A DNA stretch of 64,000 nt from an uncultured Chloroflexota bacterium (GTDB lineage Bacteria; Chloroflexota; Dehalococcoidia; Lucifugimonadales; GCA-002694895). A program made the position numbers and the translations under genes. The notes under the pieces are model-generated. The model was given only the letters and a program-made list of their open reading frames with translations, had not been told where the DNA came from and made no database searches. How positions within the stretch are numbered: position 1 is the first letter of the stretch; each line of letters begins with the position of its first letter. Shown here one piece after another: positions 61,908 to 64,000 of this stretch. The stretch spans positions 578 through 64,577 of the forward strand of contig CAJWSY010000004.1 of NCBI GenBank assembly GCA_913045935.1, written 5' to 3'.

Positions 61908-62825
61908 TTAGTAACCTAGACCAAAAGTTTTAGGTACTAATTGGTCCATTTCATCCATAGTAAAAACTCCAGCTTTATATATTTTTTTATCGGGTGTGGG
62001 ATTTGAATACACATATATACTACCTCCGTTAACCCCGAAAATATAACCGTTTACATTTGGAAGATATTCTGTTGATAAACAGACTGCAAGACTTGCTACG
62101 TTTTCAGTTCCATCTTGTAGGCTTGGATTCCACTCAAGCGATTGATCAAATACCCCTACACCTGATTTGTCATCTGAATTATTAGTCATTAGTTCAGATG
62201 ATATGAATGTACTTACTGTTCCTGGATTCATTCTAGTTTTGGCTACAGGTGATATTGCATTTGCAGTTACACCATATTTACCCAAATCAGTAGCTGTAGT
62301 TCTTGTTAAGCCTACAATGCCTTCTGATGCTGCAGCATAATTAGATTTACCAATATCGCCAAGACCTGCGTCAGATGTAATATTTACTATTCTGCCACTT
62401 CTTTGTTGTCTAAATAGGATTGCAGCAAATTTACTTGGTGCGAATACAGACTTTATATTATTGTCAATGATTGTATTAAAATCTTCTTCGTTCATTTGGA
62501 AAATCAATCTATCATTGATTATACCAGCGGAATTAATTAATATATCTAGTTTCCCGTAAGTGTCTATACAATTTTTTATACAACTTTCTGCTTCTGACAT
62601 TACACTCATATTACTATAGTCAGCATGAGCATTGCCTTTAATCGATTTTATTTCTTCCACTGTTGAATTTGCAGGATCTTTTGAAGATCCTGATCCATCA
62701 ATTTCACAGCCTATGTCATTAACTATTACATTAGCGCCTTCTTCTGCAAGTTTTATTGCAATTGCTTTACCAATTCCTCTTCCAGCTCCTGTGACAACTG
62801 CGGATTTACCTTTAAGTATTGCCAT
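61908..62825 (-). CDS. SDR family oxidoreductase (paralog of the preceding gene)
   Basis: TGAGRGIGKA, NSAGI and YAAASEG. Same overall block order as the neighbour. Confidence 0.85.
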   Translation of the reverse strand: MAILKGKSAVVTGAGRGIGKAIAIKLAEEGANVIVNDIGCEIDGSGSSKDPANSTVEEIKSIKGNAHADYSNMSVMSEAESCIKNCIDTYGKLDILINSAGIINDRLIFQMNEEDFNTIIDNNIKSVFAPSKFAAILFRQQRSGRIVNITSDAGLGDIGKSNYAAASEGIVGLTRTTATDLGKYGVTANAISPVAKTRMNPGTVSTFISSELMTNNSDDKSGVGVFDQSLEWNPSLQDGTENVASLAVCLSTEYLPNVNGYIFGVNGGSIYVYSNPTPDKKIYKAGVFTMDEMDQLVPKTFGLGY

Positions 62826-62966
62826 TTATATCTCCTTTTAATATAAAGTAATTATACAAAATATTAATTTTTTTTAACTTGAATAATTTACTAATTTCAA
62901 TTTATTTGTTCATTTATTTTGAAATTTACTTTAAAATAGTATAAAACAATTCAGAGAGTAAATTAA

Positions 62967-64000
62967 ATGAACAAAAGTAATATTGTTTTATCTAATAAAA
63001 GTTTTAACACTGTAGGGTCAAGACCAATAAGACCTGATGGATCTGATAAAGTTACTGGAATAGCTAGGTATGGGGCTGATGTATTTCCGTCAAATTATAT
63101 TCATGGCAAGATTTTACGTAGTCCTCATGCACACGCAAAAATTAAATCAATCAATTTGAAACAAGCTGAAAAATTACCTGGCGTAATAGCAATAGTTACA
63201 AATAAAGACTTTCCTGATTCTGTAGATATATCTGACAAATATTTAAGAAATAATAGTTTAGCAAAAGATAAAGTTTTGTATGTGGGACATGCGATTGCAG
63301 GAGTAGCTGCAATTAATCCTCACATTGCAGAAGAGGCTATTAATTTAATTGATGTAGAATATGAAATTCTAGATCCTGTTTTGAATGCTCCGTTTGGTGC
63401 TTCTGATGAATCTCCTAAATTACATAATGATTTAAAAACAGATTTGTTTGGAGAAAAACAAGATGGAAAAACCAATATAGCAAGCAAGTTTAAGCATTCA
63501 ATTGGAGATATCCAAAAAGGATTTGAGCAATCAGATATTATAATAGAAAAAGAATTCAATACAGCTACAGTCCACCAAGGTTATATAGAGCCGATGAATG
63601 TAACTGCTCATTGGAATAATGATTCAAGAATTCATATATGGATAAGCACGCAAGGGCCTTTTCAAGTTAGAGAAGTAACTGCCAAAGCATTGGGAATTAG
63701 AACTTCTCAAATTAAAGTGACTCCAATGGAAATTGGCGGAGGTTTTGGAGGAAAGTTCCCGTTATATCAAGAGCCGGTAGCTTGTTTGTTATCTAAAAAA
63801 GCAGGAAAGCCTGTAAAAATTATTATGACTAGAAAAGAAGTTTTTGAAGGTACTGGCCCCACTTCAGGATCTAATGTTTGGTGCAAAATTGGTAGTACAA
63901 AAGAAGGGAAAATAATTGCTGCAGAAGGTTTTCTATCTTATGAAGCTGGTGCTTATCCCGGATCACCTGTTGAAGCTGGAGGTAAGTGTATGTTTGCAAG
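62967..64000 (+). CDS. xanthine dehydrogenase / aldehyde oxidase family molybdopterin-binding subunit (5' partial, runs off the window)
   Basis: Not in the ORF track because no stop is reached. Hand translation gives MNKSNIVLSNKSFNTVGSRPIRPDGSDKVTGIARYGADV...HGKILRSPHAHAKI...TVHQGYIEPM...MEIGGGFGGK, the canonical N-terminal blocks of this family. Confidence 0.85.
   Translation, partial: MNKSNIVLSNKSFNTVGSRPIRPDGSDKVTGIARYGADVFPSNYIHGKILRSPHAHAKIKSINLKQAEKLPGVIAIVTNKDFPDSVDISDKYLRNNSLAKDKVLYVGHAIAGVAAINPHIAEEAINLIDVEYEILDPVLNAPFGASDESPKLHNDLKTDLFGEKQDGKTNIASKFKHSIGDIQKGFEQSDIIIEKEFNTATVHQGYIEPMNVTAHWNNDSRIHIWISTQGPFQVREVTAKALGIRTSQIKVTPMEIGGGFGGKFPLYQEPVACLLSKKAGKPVKIIMTRKEVFEGTGPTSGSNVWCKIGSTKEGKIIAAEGFLSYEAGAYPGSPVEAGGKCMFA

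Overview
This is an AT-rich, very tightly packed bacterial chromosomal segment. Many neighbouring genes overlap by 4-20 nt, and several convergent genes overlap at their 3' ends. Almost all of it is core housekeeping.

In order, the window contains:
- a DUF1385 protein, a PduO-type corrinoid adenosyltransferase and two tandem amidohydrolase paralogs
- a MoeB/ThiF-like enzyme divergent from modABC, then pyrF and a BFN-domain nuclease
- a complete F1Fo ATP synthase operon (atpZ-B-E-F-H-A-G-D-C)
- rex, citrate synthase and a MidA-like methyltransferase
- one long minus-strand array: aroG-type DAHP synthase, ribF, tyrS, a class V aminotransferase, gcvT, gcvH, gcvPA, gcvPB
- aroH-type chorismate mutase with trpA, an MBL hydrolase, a TPR protein, and thrB-lysC
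- rpoB-rpoC followed by tRNA-Val and tRNA-Asp
- NUDIX, a tartrate-dehydrogenase-like enzyme, leuS and leuB
- an EVE-domain protein, cofE (F420) and glmU
- three collagen-like lipoproteins and an orphan protein
- secA, prs, lysA, holB and an FAD oxidoreductase
- an HNH endonuclease, CvpA, two SDR paralogs and the 5' part of a xanthine-dehydrogenase-family molybdoenzyme

I saw no rRNA, CRISPR array, transposase, integrase or prophage.

The gene content suggests a streamlined marine monoderm-type lineage such as Chloroflexota or Actinomycetota. The relevant genes are Rex, split GcvP, CofE, AroH chorismate mutase, DUF1385 and the BFN nuclease. This placement is inference only.

The least ordinary locus is the tandem trio of lipobox-anchored collagen-like proteins at 49.6-51.8 kb. 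They have a shared C-terminal head module and near-identical internal DNA repeats.

Smaller oddities:
- an insertion of about 130 aa, with a His/Ser/Asp-rich core, in ATP synthase subunit a
- an epsilon subunit lacking its C-terminal helical domain
- a 97-aa purely acidic tail on RpoB
- a 59-aa Cys4 ORF below the ORF-track cutoff that has its own promoter
- an oxidoreductase whose Rossmann motif lies upstream of any canonical start codon

I found no clear multi-gene novel system such as a defence island. The window is mostly ordinary.
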